Source of the DNA: an uncultured archaeon
Lineage (GTDB): Archaea; Asgardarchaeota; Hermodarchaeia; Hermodarchaeales; Hermodarchaeaceae
Reading direction: 5' to 3'
Assembly: GCA_964347045.1 (NCBI GenBank)
Contig: CAYFXC010000002.1
Location: 116,285-180,284, forward strand
Length of the DNA: 64,000 bases
Shown here: in pieces, positions 47,802-58,979 of the stretch
Layout of the letters: each line of letters opens with the position of its first letter
How positions within the stretch are numbered: the first letter of the stretch is position 1
The notes under the pieces: model-generated
Database searches by the model: none
What the model saw: only the letters and a program-made list of their open reading frames with translations
Told to the model about the DNA's origin: nothing
Translations under genes and position numbers: made by a program

Positions 47802-48100
47802 TCTTTTTATTTAATTCCTATTGTATTGGTAAGCGTGTGTTTGCGACCAATTAAGTCTTCTCGTATTTTAGCAGTTGGGGTCAAAAACACCTGCATTCTT
47901 TAAGCAAATATTTATTTTGGAAAAGGGTTGCGGCTGCAACCAAGCGAACGAAAGGAAAGTGGAAGGTTGATACGCTGACATAATTTAATCCGACAATTTG
48001 TAAACCCCCAACGGAATGGAGTTCACCGAAATGCTTAGCTAAATTTCTCATTTCGCGTTTAGGATTTGTGAGCCGACCCATTTGGGGGCCAATATCTCTC

Positions 48101-49492
48101 TCAAGTTTTTCTGAATCCTCTGAAGTCCTCATCTCCTTCCATATACAACTTCCTTGCAGTTTCAATCATCTGTTCCTTTTGATGGTCAAAATAATTCTCT
48201 AGTAATCTTTTGTTTGCTTCAAAGAGATAGTGATAATATTCCTCATCGGAAAGAGGTGTGAAATTCACAGCCAGAAGATCTGAATTTGTATGCTTATTTT
48301 CATAGAAATCCTCAGCATCCTTAAGCAAACCTTTTTCAATTGCATAGTAATACAAATCTGACCCTGGATATGGTGTGACTGGTCGAATTGTTCTCATTTG
48401 AGAATGGTCATCATATTTCAGCAGAAACTGTACTCCCTTTTCAAGCACTTTCTCATCCTCGTCGATATTCCCCCAGATGATATTGAAACCAGGTGAGATA
48501 CCTGCAGCCAATGTATTTTCAATTCCCAATGTAATTTGTTCGACGGTCAAAATCTTGTTCATCTTTTTCAATGACTCATCATCATAACTCTCGATTCCAT
48601 AATTAATGAACACACAACCTGCCTTCTTCATGAGTTCAAGGATTTCGGGTTTTGCAAAATTAAGCCGACCATTGCAATCCCATCGAATATCTAAACCTGA
48701 AGCCATGAAAGCTTCACAAAGAGCCCGTGCTCTCTTTTCAGAGACCATCAAAAGCTCATCTGCAAAAGCAAAATATGTAATTCCATAATCATTATGCAAT
48801 AGACGCATCTCTTCTACGACATTCTCGGGACTCCGAAATCTGATTCCTTTGTCCATACGATAGCAGAAATTACACTTGTATGGACATCCTCGAGAGCTAA
48901 GTATTGGTAAGCATCGATCGCTAGTCCTGATGTGGGGCATTCTCAGCAGGGAGTAGTAATTCATCGGAAATAGATCATAAGCTGGAAATGGAATCGAATC
49001 CAAGTCCCTAATTAGCGGTTGTTCCTCTGTGATGATGAATTCTCCCTTTTCATCTCGAAAAGCTATTCCCTTAACACTTCGAAGATCTTCACTTTTTTCG
49101 AAAGATTCCATAAGGTTAGTAGTACTGATCTCGCCTTCTCCAATAACAACAACATCGGCTCTAGTTTTTTTTAAGAAGTATTCTGGTTCAGGTGATGGGC
49201 CATGCCCTCCAATTATATATCGAGGTCTATCAGGAACTTCGGAAATCGCATCTGAAATTTTCAGAAGTTTTTGATATTGATAATAACCTCCGATAACACC
49301 TACCCCGACAACATCGAACTGATTATTGGTCAGATGCTCCGTTAGGTGAGACTCCGGAAAGTGGTATACATCTTGATTGTAGATTGTGATATCATGACCT
49401 GCATTTCTAAGGACCGCAGCAAGATAAGCAATTCCTTGAGGGAACCAGTGAATATAGGAATCGTTGTCATACACTATGAAACAGATCTTCAT
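48101..49492 (-). CDS. B12-binding domain radical SAM protein
   Basis: PQGIAYLAA, GGHGPS, GEGE, SRGCPYKCNFC, GIES, TPYPGS. Confidence 0.93.
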   Translation of the reverse strand: MKICFIVYDNDSYIHWFPQGIAYLAAVLRNAGHDITIYNQDVYHFPESHLTEHLTNNQFDVVGVGVIGGYYQYQKLLKISDAISEVPDRPRYIIGGHGPSPEPEYFLKKTRADVVVIGEGEISTTNLMESFEKSEDLRSVKGIAFRDEKGEFIITEEQPLIRDLDSIPFPAYDLFPMNYYSLLRMPHIRTSDRCLPILSSRGCPYKCNFCYRMDKGIRFRSPENVVEEMRLLHNDYGITYFAFADELLMVSEKRARALCEAFMASGLDIRWDCNGRLNFAKPEILELMKKAGCVFINYGIESYDDESLKKMNKILTVEQITLGIENTLAAGISPGFNIIWGNIDEDEKVLEKGVQFLLKYDDHSQMRTIRPVTPYPGSDLYYYAIEKGLLKDAEDFYENKHTNSDLLAVNFTPLSDEEYYHYLFEANKRLLENYFDHQKEQMIETARKLYMEGDEDFRGFRKT

Positions 49493-49755
49493 AGAACCAC
49501 TAAATGTTCGACAATTGTTTGCGATATAAATCAATCTGTTGACTGACACTAATCATGAAGCATACATCTCTCAACTAAGAGTTTCGTGACTTCGGTTTAC
49601 GATTTTCCTAGCAAGTTGTAGACCGTACTAAAAAGAGCCCAATATAATTGAATTTTGACTTAATTGGCGTTCACCGGATTTTAGTACAACAGGATTATGT
49701 AGAGCTTCTCCATGTAGTATTGTTCTTTAAGATTTGAATACTTGGTGAGAATATC

Positions 49756-50097
49756 ATGATTGCTGGTCGATTTGATGAGCGGCCTGAAGAACAGGTGACC
49801 CAATACGGTTCGCAAGGTACAACGATTCGCTGGTTGATTAATCGAGATAACGGAGCCCAAACCTTTGCGATGCGCCGGTTTGAGGTTCAACCAAAAGGTG
49901 AAATCCCCCTTCATGCCCACAGTGCAGATCATGAGATATACATCCTCTCAGGAGAAGGGAAGGCGTTTACCAAAGAAAAAGAAATCGCCATTGAACAGGA
50001 TATGTTTCTCTATGTTACTCCTAATGAAGAACATGGATACAGGAACACTGGTGATACCCCATTGGTGTTCATTTGCGTGATCCCTATTATCGATTAA
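49756..50097 (+). CDS. Cupin domain protein
   Basis: PLHAH..DHEIYILSGEG...PNEEHG..N. Confidence 0.92.
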   Translation: MIAGRFDERPEEQVTQYGSQGTTIRWLINRDNGAQTFAMRRFEVQPKGEIPLHAHSADHEIYILSGEGKAFTKEKEIAIEQDMFLYVTPNEEHGYRNTGDTPLVFICVIPIID

Positions 50098-50258
50098 GTT
50101 CAAAGCCACAATACAAATCTGAAAGCGGAATATCTTGAGATGACTTGTGAACCTGGGTTTGAACTGGGTGAATGTATTGGAAATATCTAGAGCATGATAA
50201 GTGAAGATTGGAAATACGAGAAAGGATACTGATCTTGAAATTAAATGGATATTTTCGT

Positions 50259-51269
50259 CTACCGATGCCAAAGCTCGTCTCGTCGTTTTTTATCTAATTG
50301 TGGCAAATCATGCCAGAAGATAGATTTACTTTTGATTGGAGCTACTTGCTTAAGTTTGAAAACTCCCATAGCAACGATGTTGATAAAGAGGATATTCAGA
50401 AGCACCAAAAGGGAACTAAGTCCTGCAATTGCCAGTGCAATGCCATACAGTACAAGGTTTCCAGCGGCAAGCAGAAAGAAAGCGAAAACCAGATTTATTC
50501 CAGCATTGACGGCGGGAGGCATTAGCGAGGCAGCAATGGCCACACCAACAAGGCTTCCAATGTCACCGCGTGTAGCGGCAAGGGCAACTCCTGCACCAGA
50601 AGCGGCGGCAACCACAATACCTAGACCGAGGAGCCAAAGGGAAGCCCTGGCAATCATTTCAGCCGTGGGCCAAGACCAAGGCCAAGCGGGGTGAAGACTA
50701 AGAGGCAGTAGAACGGCACCCATGATGAGACCCATTATTAACGCAATTGCTAGACCTAATGCTTCATTTTTGATTCCTGTTACGACAAGTCGTCGATCTT
50801 GGATTACTGCACCGAAGCTTAAACCGAGAATTGGACCCATTAGAGGTGCGAGAAGCATGCTGGCGACGATGATTACAGGGCTATTGGTTGCTAATCCAAT
50901 TGAAGCGATAATACAAGAAACAACTAGAAGTGCTAAGAAATCAAATGATAGTCGTGTTCCGGTTGCGATTTTACTATAGATTTCTTCTACGGAGAGACGC
51001 TCGGTTGGTTTTATGGTGACTTCTTCCTCAGCTATTGGTTTGCTAGCTTCTACAGGGAGTACGTCAATAATTCCATAATGTACACCAACACCAATGGTTT
51101 CAAGGTCGGTGAGAATTTTTGAGCTTCTTGCTGGTGAGACACGGAAAATGAGCATGAAACCAGGGGCAGTATGGATTTTTGCGATATTGCGAACTTGAGC
51201 TTGCTCTTCAAGGAATTCCATGACTTGACCGACTTTTTCTTCGGGGATTGTTATCTGAAATTGACGCAT
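50259..51269 (-). CDS. TIGR00341/DUF389 family membrane protein
   Basis: IASIGLATNS..IVASMLLAPLMGPI, GVAIAASLMPP. Confidence 0.9.
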   Translation of the reverse strand: MRQFQITIPEEKVGQVMEFLEEQAQVRNIAKIHTAPGFMLIFRVSPARSSKILTDLETIGVGVHYGIIDVLPVEASKPIAEEEVTIKPTERLSVEEIYSKIATGTRLSFDFLALLVVSCIIASIGLATNSPVIIVASMLLAPLMGPILGLSFGAVIQDRRLVVTGIKNEALGLAIALIMGLIMGAVLLPLSLHPAWPWSWPTAEMIARASLWLLGLGIVVAAASGAGVALAATRGDIGSLVGVAIAASLMPPAVNAGINLVFAFFLLAAGNLVLYGIALAIAGLSSLLVLLNILFINIVAMGVFKLKQVAPIKSKSIFWHDLPQLDKKRRDELWHR

Positions 51270-51461
51270 AATGAATTCCCCGCTCTATTATGAGCGATAA
51301 CTCTCCTCAGAGTATCTGCGTATAAGGCTTACGATTTTGACCAGAATATGAAAGCATTCTGTGAAAATCGGAACGGCAGAACGCTTAATTAGCTGTGCAC
51401 AGTATTGCGTTGTATCCGCACAAACCCTGTACAGAAACTAGCAACCAATGGTGAAAAAATC

Positions 51462-53171
51462 GTGCGCTCCCAGAACTTGCTTATCAAGAATGGCTTTGTC
51501 GTTGATCCAAAAAACGATATCTTTGAAGTAAAGGATATTGCCATCAAAAATGGAAAAATTGTTGAATCTATTGATCCTGAATCATCTGAGATCATTAATG
51601 CTGAAGGACGCATGATTGTTGCTGGTGGGGTTGAAATTCATGCACATTTAGCTACACCAAAAGTCGACTCGGGCAGGGTTCTTAGGTGTGATCAATCTAG
51701 AATGGATCCTTATACCTATTCAGATATCTGTCGCGCTGGAGTCTGGGCTAGTGTTCCCCCCACCTTTATGACAGGGTACAAATATTCACAAATGGGTTAT
51801 ACCTTTGTTACAGAGGCAGCTTCAGCTGGCCTTGTAGCTCGACACACACATGAAGAGCTTGCAGAAATACAACCCCATGATAAGATTATGTTTCCTCTTT
51901 TTGGCAATTATCAGCTTATCATGGATTATTCTCGTGACAAAGAATATGAGAAGCTCGCTGGTTTTGTAACATGGATGCTTTCGGCTACTAAGGGCTGGGC
52001 AATTAAAGCCGTGAATCCCACTGGTGTGTGTGATTGGAGTTGGGGTGGAAATGTTGAGAACTTAGATGAGCAAATTGCATGTTTTGATGTTACTCCTCGC
52101 GATGCCATTACTGGTTTGCTTGAAGGGGCTGAAAGCCTAGTTCTACCACATCCGCTTCATTTGCATGCTAACATGTTAGGGCGTCCTGGTAACGCAGATA
52201 TCACGATTGAGACCATGGAAATTGCAAGTAATCGTCCTGCAACAAAACGTGCTTCGGGATATAATCTCCACATGACCCACATTCAGTTCCACTCTTATGG
52301 TGGAGATAGTTTTGTAACATTCAAGAGCGGAGCAGAACCGATTGCAAAATACATTAAAAGCCATAAAAACGTCAGCTGCGACTTAGGGCAGATTGTATTT
52401 TCCGACACCACAACTATGACTGCAGATGGCCCTTGGGAATGGATTCTTCGCGGAATCTCAGGAAGCCGATGGGTTAATGATGACATCGAGGTTGAATGCG
52501 GTGGAGGAGTTGTCCCCTATGTATTCAAGAAAAGCTCACGAGTCAACGCCATTCAATGGGGGATTGGACTCGAAATTGCTCTTATGGTTAATGATCCTTG
52601 GCGAGTGATTCCCAGCACCGATCACCCCAATGCTGGAACCTTCATCAACTATCCATCAATTGCCGCCTGGCTAATGAGTAAAAAAGCTCGAGAAGACATT
52701 CTAGCAGACATCAAACAATCAGCCAAGAAACGATTGGACCTTCCTGCCATTGATACCGAATGGACAATGAAAGAGTATATCATCTCAACACGAGCAGGAC
52801 CAGCAAGAATTCTGGGATTACCCAATAAGGGCCATCTTGGTATTGGAGCTGATGCTGACATCGCATTTTATGACCTTAATCCCGAAGAAGACTATGCCAA
52901 GAAACCTGATAAATTAGTCCGCGGGCTTTCGCAAGCTTGGATGACTATCAAAGATGGTCGCATAGTTCAAAAAGAAGGAAAAATGATCGCAACACCTAAA
53001 GGAAGCACTTATTGGATTGACGCAGAAGTTGAACCTGATTTAGCGAAAGAAGTTGAAAAAGACATTCGTCAGAAATTCATGAGTTCCTACACCATTGCCT
53101 ATGAGAACTATCCCGTTTCTAAACGATACTTACATCGTTCTGCGGCAGTCAAATTGGAAGCGAGTAGCTAA
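51462..53171 (+). CDS. fwdA: Formylmethanofuran dehydrogenase subunit A
   Basis: EIHAH, KAVNP, HLHANMLGRPGN, HIQFHSYG, TMTADGP, TDHPNAG. Start refined to GTG 51462. Confidence 0.95.
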   Translation: MRSQNLLIKNGFVVDPKNDIFEVKDIAIKNGKIVESIDPESSEIINAEGRMIVAGGVEIHAHLATPKVDSGRVLRCDQSRMDPYTYSDICRAGVWASVPPTFMTGYKYSQMGYTFVTEAASAGLVARHTHEELAEIQPHDKIMFPLFGNYQLIMDYSRDKEYEKLAGFVTWMLSATKGWAIKAVNPTGVCDWSWGGNVENLDEQIACFDVTPRDAITGLLEGAESLVLPHPLHLHANMLGRPGNADITIETMEIASNRPATKRASGYNLHMTHIQFHSYGGDSFVTFKSGAEPIAKYIKSHKNVSCDLGQIVFSDTTTMTADGPWEWILRGISGSRWVNDDIEVECGGGVVPYVFKKSSRVNAIQWGIGLEIALMVNDPWRVIPSTDHPNAGTFINYPSIAAWLMSKKAREDILADIKQSAKKRLDLPAIDTEWTMKEYIISTRAGPARILGLPNKGHLGIGADADIAFYDLNPEEDYAKKPDKLVRGLSQAWMTIKDGRIVQKEGKMIATPKGSTYWIDAEVEPDLAKEVEKDIRQKFMSSYTIAYENYPVSKRYLHRSAAVKLEASS

Positions 53172-53275
53172 AAATAACGCGAAATTTTTCGTCAAATTTA
53201 TAACAAAAAGAGCTATGCTTTCAATCGTTCCTGCAATAGTCTAAGAACATGTGAGCGAGAACGAGAGTGCAAGTA

Positions 53276-56200
53276 ATGTCAAAAGTTCGAGAATTTACAC
53301 CAGCCGATGCCGCAGGATTAGCTAGGTGCATCAATGAAAGTGAAGGAGGCTGGCCTGGCGGAATTACCGGAGGAGTTGATCATACAGCAGAACATATACT
53401 CGAAGACTTTGAACGTGAAGAGAAACTTACCTGGTTAGTCGCAATAAGCGAAGATGCACAGGTTGCAGGGATTTCTACATTATTACCATATTATGAAGAT
53501 CCTGAGGCCGCATATCTTGGATTTTTAAACGTTAGTGATGCCCACCGAAAAAAAGGATTAGGGAAAGCACTTTTAGTCGAATCAGTGAATCGGGTTAAGA
53601 CTGAGGGGTATAAACGCCTTTTCTTACATACTTGGGCTGGAAACCTAAATGCTGTTCCTGTCTATAAGCGAACAGGATTCTTTTGGCGTCCAGATACTCA
53701 AGTATTAATGGAGAATTACATTCCGACCATTCTCAAATTACCAATTGCACAAGCTTTTTTCAAGCAACATGATTGGTATGAGTCCTACGTTCGGAAGATT
53801 GAGCTCAAACCCGATGAAATGAAACATCGCGGTCTCAATGTATATGAGTACCGGTGGAAGAAACAAGGAGATTTTCTTCGGATTATGATTGATCGAGAAA
53901 GTCGTGGACCGACACTAATTGAAAATAACAACCTATTAGTAGAATGCTGGGTTGCTGATGCAGAACCAGCGTTGGGTTTACCCATACCAGTTCGGTGGAG
54001 AATTCAGAATAAGAGCCCCACTAGCTCCTTGGACTGTAACCTAATTGTAACACTTCCTAAAGGATTTAAGTTAGTCGAGGCACCCACAACAAAAATTACA
54101 GTTCCACCTAAAAAATCGATTACACTTAATGGAGTGATTGAAGGGCAAGTCACTGTTATTCCACCAGAAGAAGAGAAACGTGCGTTGACTATTATTTCCA
54201 AACTATTAATTGACAAAATACCTATCCAGCTCGAAACAGGTATCCGTGCAAAGCATCAGATTCAAGTGTCTACAGTTCCTCCATCCGTATGGTGTCGACC
54301 TGGAAATCGGTTTACAATAGCCATTGCTATTAAGAGCAATCTTAAGAAGCTAGCAAAGGGCCGTCTTTTTGTACGAACTCCTCGAGGCCTTAAAACAAAG
54401 CAGAAAAAATTTGACATTCAATTAGAACCGGAGAGTTATTCCGGAGTAGAGCTAGACGTCGTTGCGAATTCGTCTTTAGGCACGAAAGCTTTGCCCCTCA
54501 AGATTCATGCAAAACTTGAGGTTAAAGGACATTTGATCAAAACTAGAACTGAAAAGATATTCGTGCACTGCTTAGGTCATGGTGGAATTTTAGTCACACC
54601 CCATCAGGATAACCGTCGTTTACAAGTTCACACCGAAACCTTACAATTCACCATAAATCTGTCAAAGGGAGCCCATATCGATAATCTTACAAACCGATTG
54701 ACCAACAGAGTTCAGATAAGATCTCATTGCCGAAGTAGTTTAGGTCCACCATTTTGGCCTTCAGAACAGATGAACACCCACTTTAAGCATAGGATCGAAC
54801 ATTTAGAAGACGGAACTACGCGAATTATTACCTGGATGATCTCTAATCGATATGCAGGTTTAGTATTTTCAAAAACCTTTGTATTGACTGGCAATTCATC
54901 CATTCTTGGTATCGAATATGGATTTGAAAATACTAACCCAAAGAAGACCTATCAAATTAGGTTAATGCGGGGTAGTATTTCTGGGGTTTGGGATCATCTT
55001 CATGTCCTTCCACTAAAGAAAGGTTTGCTCCGTGAAGAATTCATTGAGGATGAGTTCTTCGCTTCAGACAGGGAACTTCCGAAAAAACGAGAAGAGTGGG
55101 CTGAAACTTGGTATTGCCAAGAATTACCACATAAAGGTGAAGTAATTGGCGTGTTATGCCCCCCGTCAATCTTTTACGAGGCTCGTGGGTTCACATTCAT
55201 CGATTTTCAGGTACAGGTTCCGCCAATACCCCCGAAAAAGGAAGTTGTTTTGCCATATCTTTATCTAGTGACGGGATTAGGAACTTGGCGACATATACGA
55301 AGGCTTTGGCATTATTACTACTCAGATGAACCTGAAAAAGCACTCCAGACCGAGTTAAAACCCTACAAGGTTGTGGATATTCGAACAGAAGAGTATCCGA
55401 TGCTTCAAGAAGTTAAACCAGAAATTATGGTCCCCCTCAAAGTTCACCACCTTGTTCACCGTCCAATCCGTGGAACCCTTCGCTTCGCGGCACCAAAGGG
55501 TTGGAAAATCATCCCCCGAACCACTAATTTCAGAGATCTCAAAGGAGATAAGCCCCTATCCGTTCCGGTCAAACTACAAGCAACTGCAAAGACAAAGTTA
55601 GAACCAGATCTTCTTACCATCTCAGCCCAAGTTGAAACTAGACTTCAAACCAGAGATTTTCAAATTCCAGTCATTTTACACCGGAAATCAGGTAAAATAA
55701 CGATTTCACACACTACTATCGAAAATCATGAGATCTGCATTATCGATAACGGAAAATTCCTGCTTAAAATCGCTCCTGGCTTTGCAGGAAGTGTGTTTGC
55801 CTGGATTAACAAGGAAACGGATACTAATTTACTTGAGTCGAATTTTCCGCAGGCAGGTCCCAGAGTGTGGTTTAATCCGTGGTATGGGGGTATTCGTTTT
55901 GAGCCATTTTCAGGAAAACAGCCCGGTTGGTTTCCAACAAAACTTGACCGTGAGAGTTGGATACTAGAAGAAACTCAACGGAGCGGTTGGAAGGGAGTGA
56001 CCTTAAGCGTCAAACCTGATATGGAAGAACGTACACTCAGAGGTTTCCGGTTGGCGCTTCAGGTTTTAACACAGCCAAAAAGCAATATTGTTGCGCTCAT
56101 CGGTCAGGTTATTAATCAATCTCAGGCACCAAGAATAATCAACCATCGATTTCGAATAGCACTTCCTTCTCGGGAGACTTCACCTAACCTAGAGACTATC

Positions 56201-56509
56201 ATTCCCCGAGCAACAACCACCTATCGTCGTCATCGTGTCCAAACCCATGCATGGCCCACATCAACACAACCGTATATTGGTATTGAACATGGACCAGATG
56301 ATGCAACAATTGTGTTCAGTAGTAAATTAAGACCAAAGACGGAATTATATTTAGGAGACTTGAACCCCGAATTCATTGCTATCCAAACTCAAGAACCTAT
56401 CGAGCTTGGTCCAAACGAAAGGGTCGAACGTACAGGGTTTTTAGTAACTTCAAATTTACCATGGAAGCAAGCAAAAGCCTATGGCGTACTCTCAGAGCTC
56501 ATTATCTAA
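53276..56509 (+). CDS. Large protein: N-terminal GNAT acetyltransferase plus multiple beta-sandwich domains
   Basis: LNVSDAHRKKGLGKAL, TWAGN.NAVPVYKRTGFFW, then ~850 aa of beta-rich repeats. Confidence 0.85.
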   Translation: MSKVREFTPADAAGLARCINESEGGWPGGITGGVDHTAEHILEDFEREEKLTWLVAISEDAQVAGISTLLPYYEDPEAAYLGFLNVSDAHRKKGLGKALLVESVNRVKTEGYKRLFLHTWAGNLNAVPVYKRTGFFWRPDTQVLMENYIPTILKLPIAQAFFKQHDWYESYVRKIELKPDEMKHRGLNVYEYRWKKQGDFLRIMIDRESRGPTLIENNNLLVECWVADAEPALGLPIPVRWRIQNKSPTSSLDCNLIVTLPKGFKLVEAPTTKITVPPKKSITLNGVIEGQVTVIPPEEEKRALTIISKLLIDKIPIQLETGIRAKHQIQVSTVPPSVWCRPGNRFTIAIAIKSNLKKLAKGRLFVRTPRGLKTKQKKFDIQLEPESYSGVELDVVANSSLGTKALPLKIHAKLEVKGHLIKTRTEKIFVHCLGHGGILVTPHQDNRRLQVHTETLQFTINLSKGAHIDNLTNRLTNRVQIRSHCRSSLGPPFWPSEQMNTHFKHRIEHLEDGTTRIITWMISNRYAGLVFSKTFVLTGNSSILGIEYGFENTNPKKTYQIRLMRGSISGVWDHLHVLPLKKGLLREEFIEDEFFASDRELPKKREEWAETWYCQELPHKGEVIGVLCPPSIFYEARGFTFIDFQVQVPPIPPKKEVVLPYLYLVTGLGTWRHIRRLWHYYYSDEPEKALQTELKPYKVVDIRTEEYPMLQEVKPEIMVPLKVHHLVHRPIRGTLRFAAPKGWKIIPRTTNFRDLKGDKPLSVPVKLQATAKTKLEPDLLTISAQVETRLQTRDFQIPVILHRKSGKITISHTTIENHEICIIDNGKFLLKIAPGFAGSVFAWINKETDTNLLESNFPQAGPRVWFNPWYGGIRFEPFSGKQPGWFPTKLDRESWILEETQRSGWKGVTLSVKPDMEERTLRGFRLALQVLTQPKSNIVALIGQVINQSQAPRIINHRFRIALPSRETSPNLETIIPRATTTYRRHRVQTHAWPTSTQPYIGIEHGPDDATIVFSSKLRPKTELYLGDLNPEFIAIQTQEPIELGPNERVERTGFLVTSNLPWKQAKAYGVLSELII

Positions 56510-56532
56510 AATGTCAAAAGAGTTCATAATGT

Positions 56533-57390
56533 TTATTGAGTTTTTGTGGAATAGAAGGTATACCATCGTTCTAAGGTGACTTCCAGCCGTCTTTCCGCCT
56601 TCACATTGTAGGGAGGAATTGGTCCTGCATCTTTCTCTTTTTTCAATAATTCCAAAGAATATCCTTGACGAATTTTCTCTTTTATCCACTTTTCGAGTTT
56701 TTTAAAGTATGACAGATGTGTGTGGATTTCCCCTTTGTCACAAAGAGGCCCATGGCCTGGCACAATTGTTTTCACAGGCATTTCAAGAATCGATTCGAAT
56801 GCCTTAATCCATGCAGGAGGGTTATTTGTGGGATCACCAGCATACGGGTATTCTTGGCTGAATACTAGGTCACCTGCAAAAAGAACTCTTTCTGGGTTGA
56901 AATAGACAATAGAATGTCCAGCGGTATGACCGCCAGTATATTGAATCGTAATTTCGTTTTTTTCTCCAAGAACAAATGATTCTTCGAAAGTTTGTGTAGG
57001 TGTAATAATGCTAAGGTTTTTGAGTTGACGGCTGAGTTCAGGTTCAGTTTCAGCATAGAACTCTCTCATCTCTTCAATCCTTCTTGGAGACCAATGATCT
57101 GCCAAAAGAGTGGGGTACTGTTCTACCATTTTTGAAGAAGCCATTAATAGATATTGTTGAAATTCTTGAGCACCAAACACATGGTCAGAATGATAATGTG
57201 TTAGGATGACGGCTGTGATTGGTGTGTCGATTTTTTGTTGAATTTGGTCATGGAATTCTTTTGCGACGGCTGGTGTCATTCCAGTATCGATGACAATGGT
57301 TTGGTTGGGGATTTGAATGCATCCAACATTTCCATAGGTTGATCCATCAACAATAGCCCATGTGGAGCTACTTACTTGTTCAAGTAGCAT
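56533..57390 (-). CDS. MBL-fold metallo-hydrolase
   Basis: THYHSDHVFG, GHTAG, AGDL, PGHG. Confidence 0.93.
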   Translation of the reverse strand: MLLEQVSSSTWAIVDGSTYGNVGCIQIPNQTIVIDTGMTPAVAKEFHDQIQQKIDTPITAVILTHYHSDHVFGAQEFQQYLLMASSKMVEQYPTLLADHWSPRRIEEMREFYAETEPELSRQLKNLSIITPTQTFEESFVLGEKNEITIQYTGGHTAGHSIVYFNPERVLFAGDLVFSQEYPYAGDPTNNPPAWIKAFESILEMPVKTIVPGHGPLCDKGEIHTHLSYFKKLEKWIKEKIRQGYSLELLKKEKDAGPIPPYNVKAERRLEVTLERWYTFYSTKTQ

Positions 57391-57531
57391 TGTCGATATT
57401 TCCTTTCATTTTGATGATATCTGATTATTGGGAAGAAGGCACCTTTAGGTGTTCAGCTTTGGTAAGATGGAAAGATGTTAAGAGGTGTTGGTATTCAGTA
57501 TTGGACGATGAATTCAAAGGAGATTTCTCAT

Positions 57532-57972
57532 ATGTCCAAGGTTTCAAAAAAACGTCAACCATTCAGGCTTCAGCTTATGGATTTACTTCTTCAACTGCCG
57601 GTATCAGCCGAGATTGCCCAAGAAGTTGCCAGCGAAGTGGTGAAAAACTCATCTGTTGAAACTCCTCCTGAGACTATTCGCATCATGATTTTGGATAGTT
57701 TGCGAAAACGTGATTCGACTGCAGCTGAAAAGCTCTCTTTTCGGTTTAAATTCGTTGAGCATTGCTTAGCAACTGTCCAGCGTGAAACTGTAGGACCGGC
57801 AGGTGAAATCTATGATGAAGAAGCCTTGGATGAGCTCCTAGAGGCAGATGAAATTACTGCGGCTGAATTATATTTCATGGAGGGTCGTGAAGGGCGAGCG
57901 TGGCTGCGTAAAGTAGAGCATTTTGATAGTGTTTCTACTGAATTAGCCCGAGATGACAGATATGAAGACTGA
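57532..57972 (+). CDS. Hypothetical protein with degenerate ATP-cone-like N-terminus and acidic C-terminus
   Basis: QPF...AEIAQEVASEV...ETIRIMILDSL..RD..AA. SD AAGGAG. Confidence 0.55.
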   Translation: MSKVSKKRQPFRLQLMDLLLQLPVSAEIAQEVASEVVKNSSVETPPETIRIMILDSLRKRDSTAAEKLSFRFKFVEHCLATVQRETVGPAGEIYDEEALDELLEADEITAAELYFMEGREGRAWLRKVEHFDSVSTELARDDRYED

Positions 57973-58390
57973 GGACAAGGGGATAAGTGATGAAACCTTT
58001 GAAACAATTAGATTTCCCGACAATGATGTTTCTAAAACTAGACTCCGCCTATTTATTACAATTATAGTGACTGGGCTTATTGGAGTTCTTGTCTTTTTTG
58101 ACCAGTTATTAGGGCTTTGGCCTCTTGGGATGTATTGGATTCTGTTTATATTAGGTCTGGGTATGTGTGGCATCTTTGTCTGGGTTCTTCTTAGATGGAA
58201 TGAAAGACACCGAAAAGATGATGAAAAAACCTTTCTGGAGCGATGGGGGGATGAGATTGGTTGGCCCCTTATGATTCTTGCATTCACTATTCAATTCTTA
58301 GTTCCTCAGATACGACCAATACTCCTAGGAGCTATTCTTGGAGGAAGTTGGTTCCTTGTCCTCTGGAATAGGCAAAAAGAGAATTCTTAG
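57962..58390 (+). CDS. Four-TM hypothetical membrane protein
   Basis: Four hydrophobic segments; start uncertain. Confidence 0.65.
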   Translation: MKTEDKGISDETFETIRFPDNDVSKTRLRLFITIIVTGLIGVLVFFDQLLGLWPLGMYWILFILGLGMCGIFVWVLLRWNERHRKDDEKTFLERWGDEIGWPLMILAFTIQFLVPQIRPILLGAILGGSWFLVLWNRQKENS

Positions 58391-58399
58391 TAAAACACT

Positions 58400-58765
58400 T
58401 CAGTTGTCTTCTGCGATCATTTCAATGATTCTAAAAAGTTCTTTTGCCCGAACGGGCTTCACTTGGAATACTGCCGCACCAGCTTCAATGGCTTCTGAAC
58501 GAACGGTCTCATCTGCACTTACAAAGATAATTTTACTATGAGCGTTGATTTCTTGAATCATTTTCGTAGCGCTTATTCCATCCATGCGTGGCATGCGATG
58601 ATCCATTATTATGACATCTGGCTTAGGATTCATCTTTAGAAAAAGTTGAACTGCTTCGTTACCATCGAAGGCAGAGCCTACTACCTTGTGACCTTTCATC
58701 GTGAAGAGAGCTTTGTAAATTTGGTGAAGGTTTTCTTCGTCATCAACGATGAAGATTGAAGCCAT
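58400..58765 (-). CDS. Stand-alone response regulator receiver
   Basis: IVDDE, MDHRMPRMDG, VSA, KP. Start refined to ATG 58765. Confidence 0.93.
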   Translation of the reverse strand: MASIFIVDDEENLHQIYKALFTMKGHKVVGSAFDGNEAVQLFLKMNPKPDVIIMDHRMPRMDGISATKMIQEINAHSKIIFVSADETVRSEAIEAGAAVFQVKPVRAKELFRIIEMIAEDN

Positions 58766-58979
58766 TGAATGCACTGTCCATTTCACTTTGGTATTTTTTG
58801 GCATACGATGTAGTTTTAGCAGTATATCCCCGCGGCGTTGTCCAGTGAGTTTTGTGTTAAATCCGGTTATGAATTTTGTGTTTGCCCCGTATGTCCTCCG
58901 TATTCTATTTCGGATTTCTGCACTAATTTTTAGAACCAGTGTGCCCATTGATACTCACATCATAAACGATGTGTAACTT

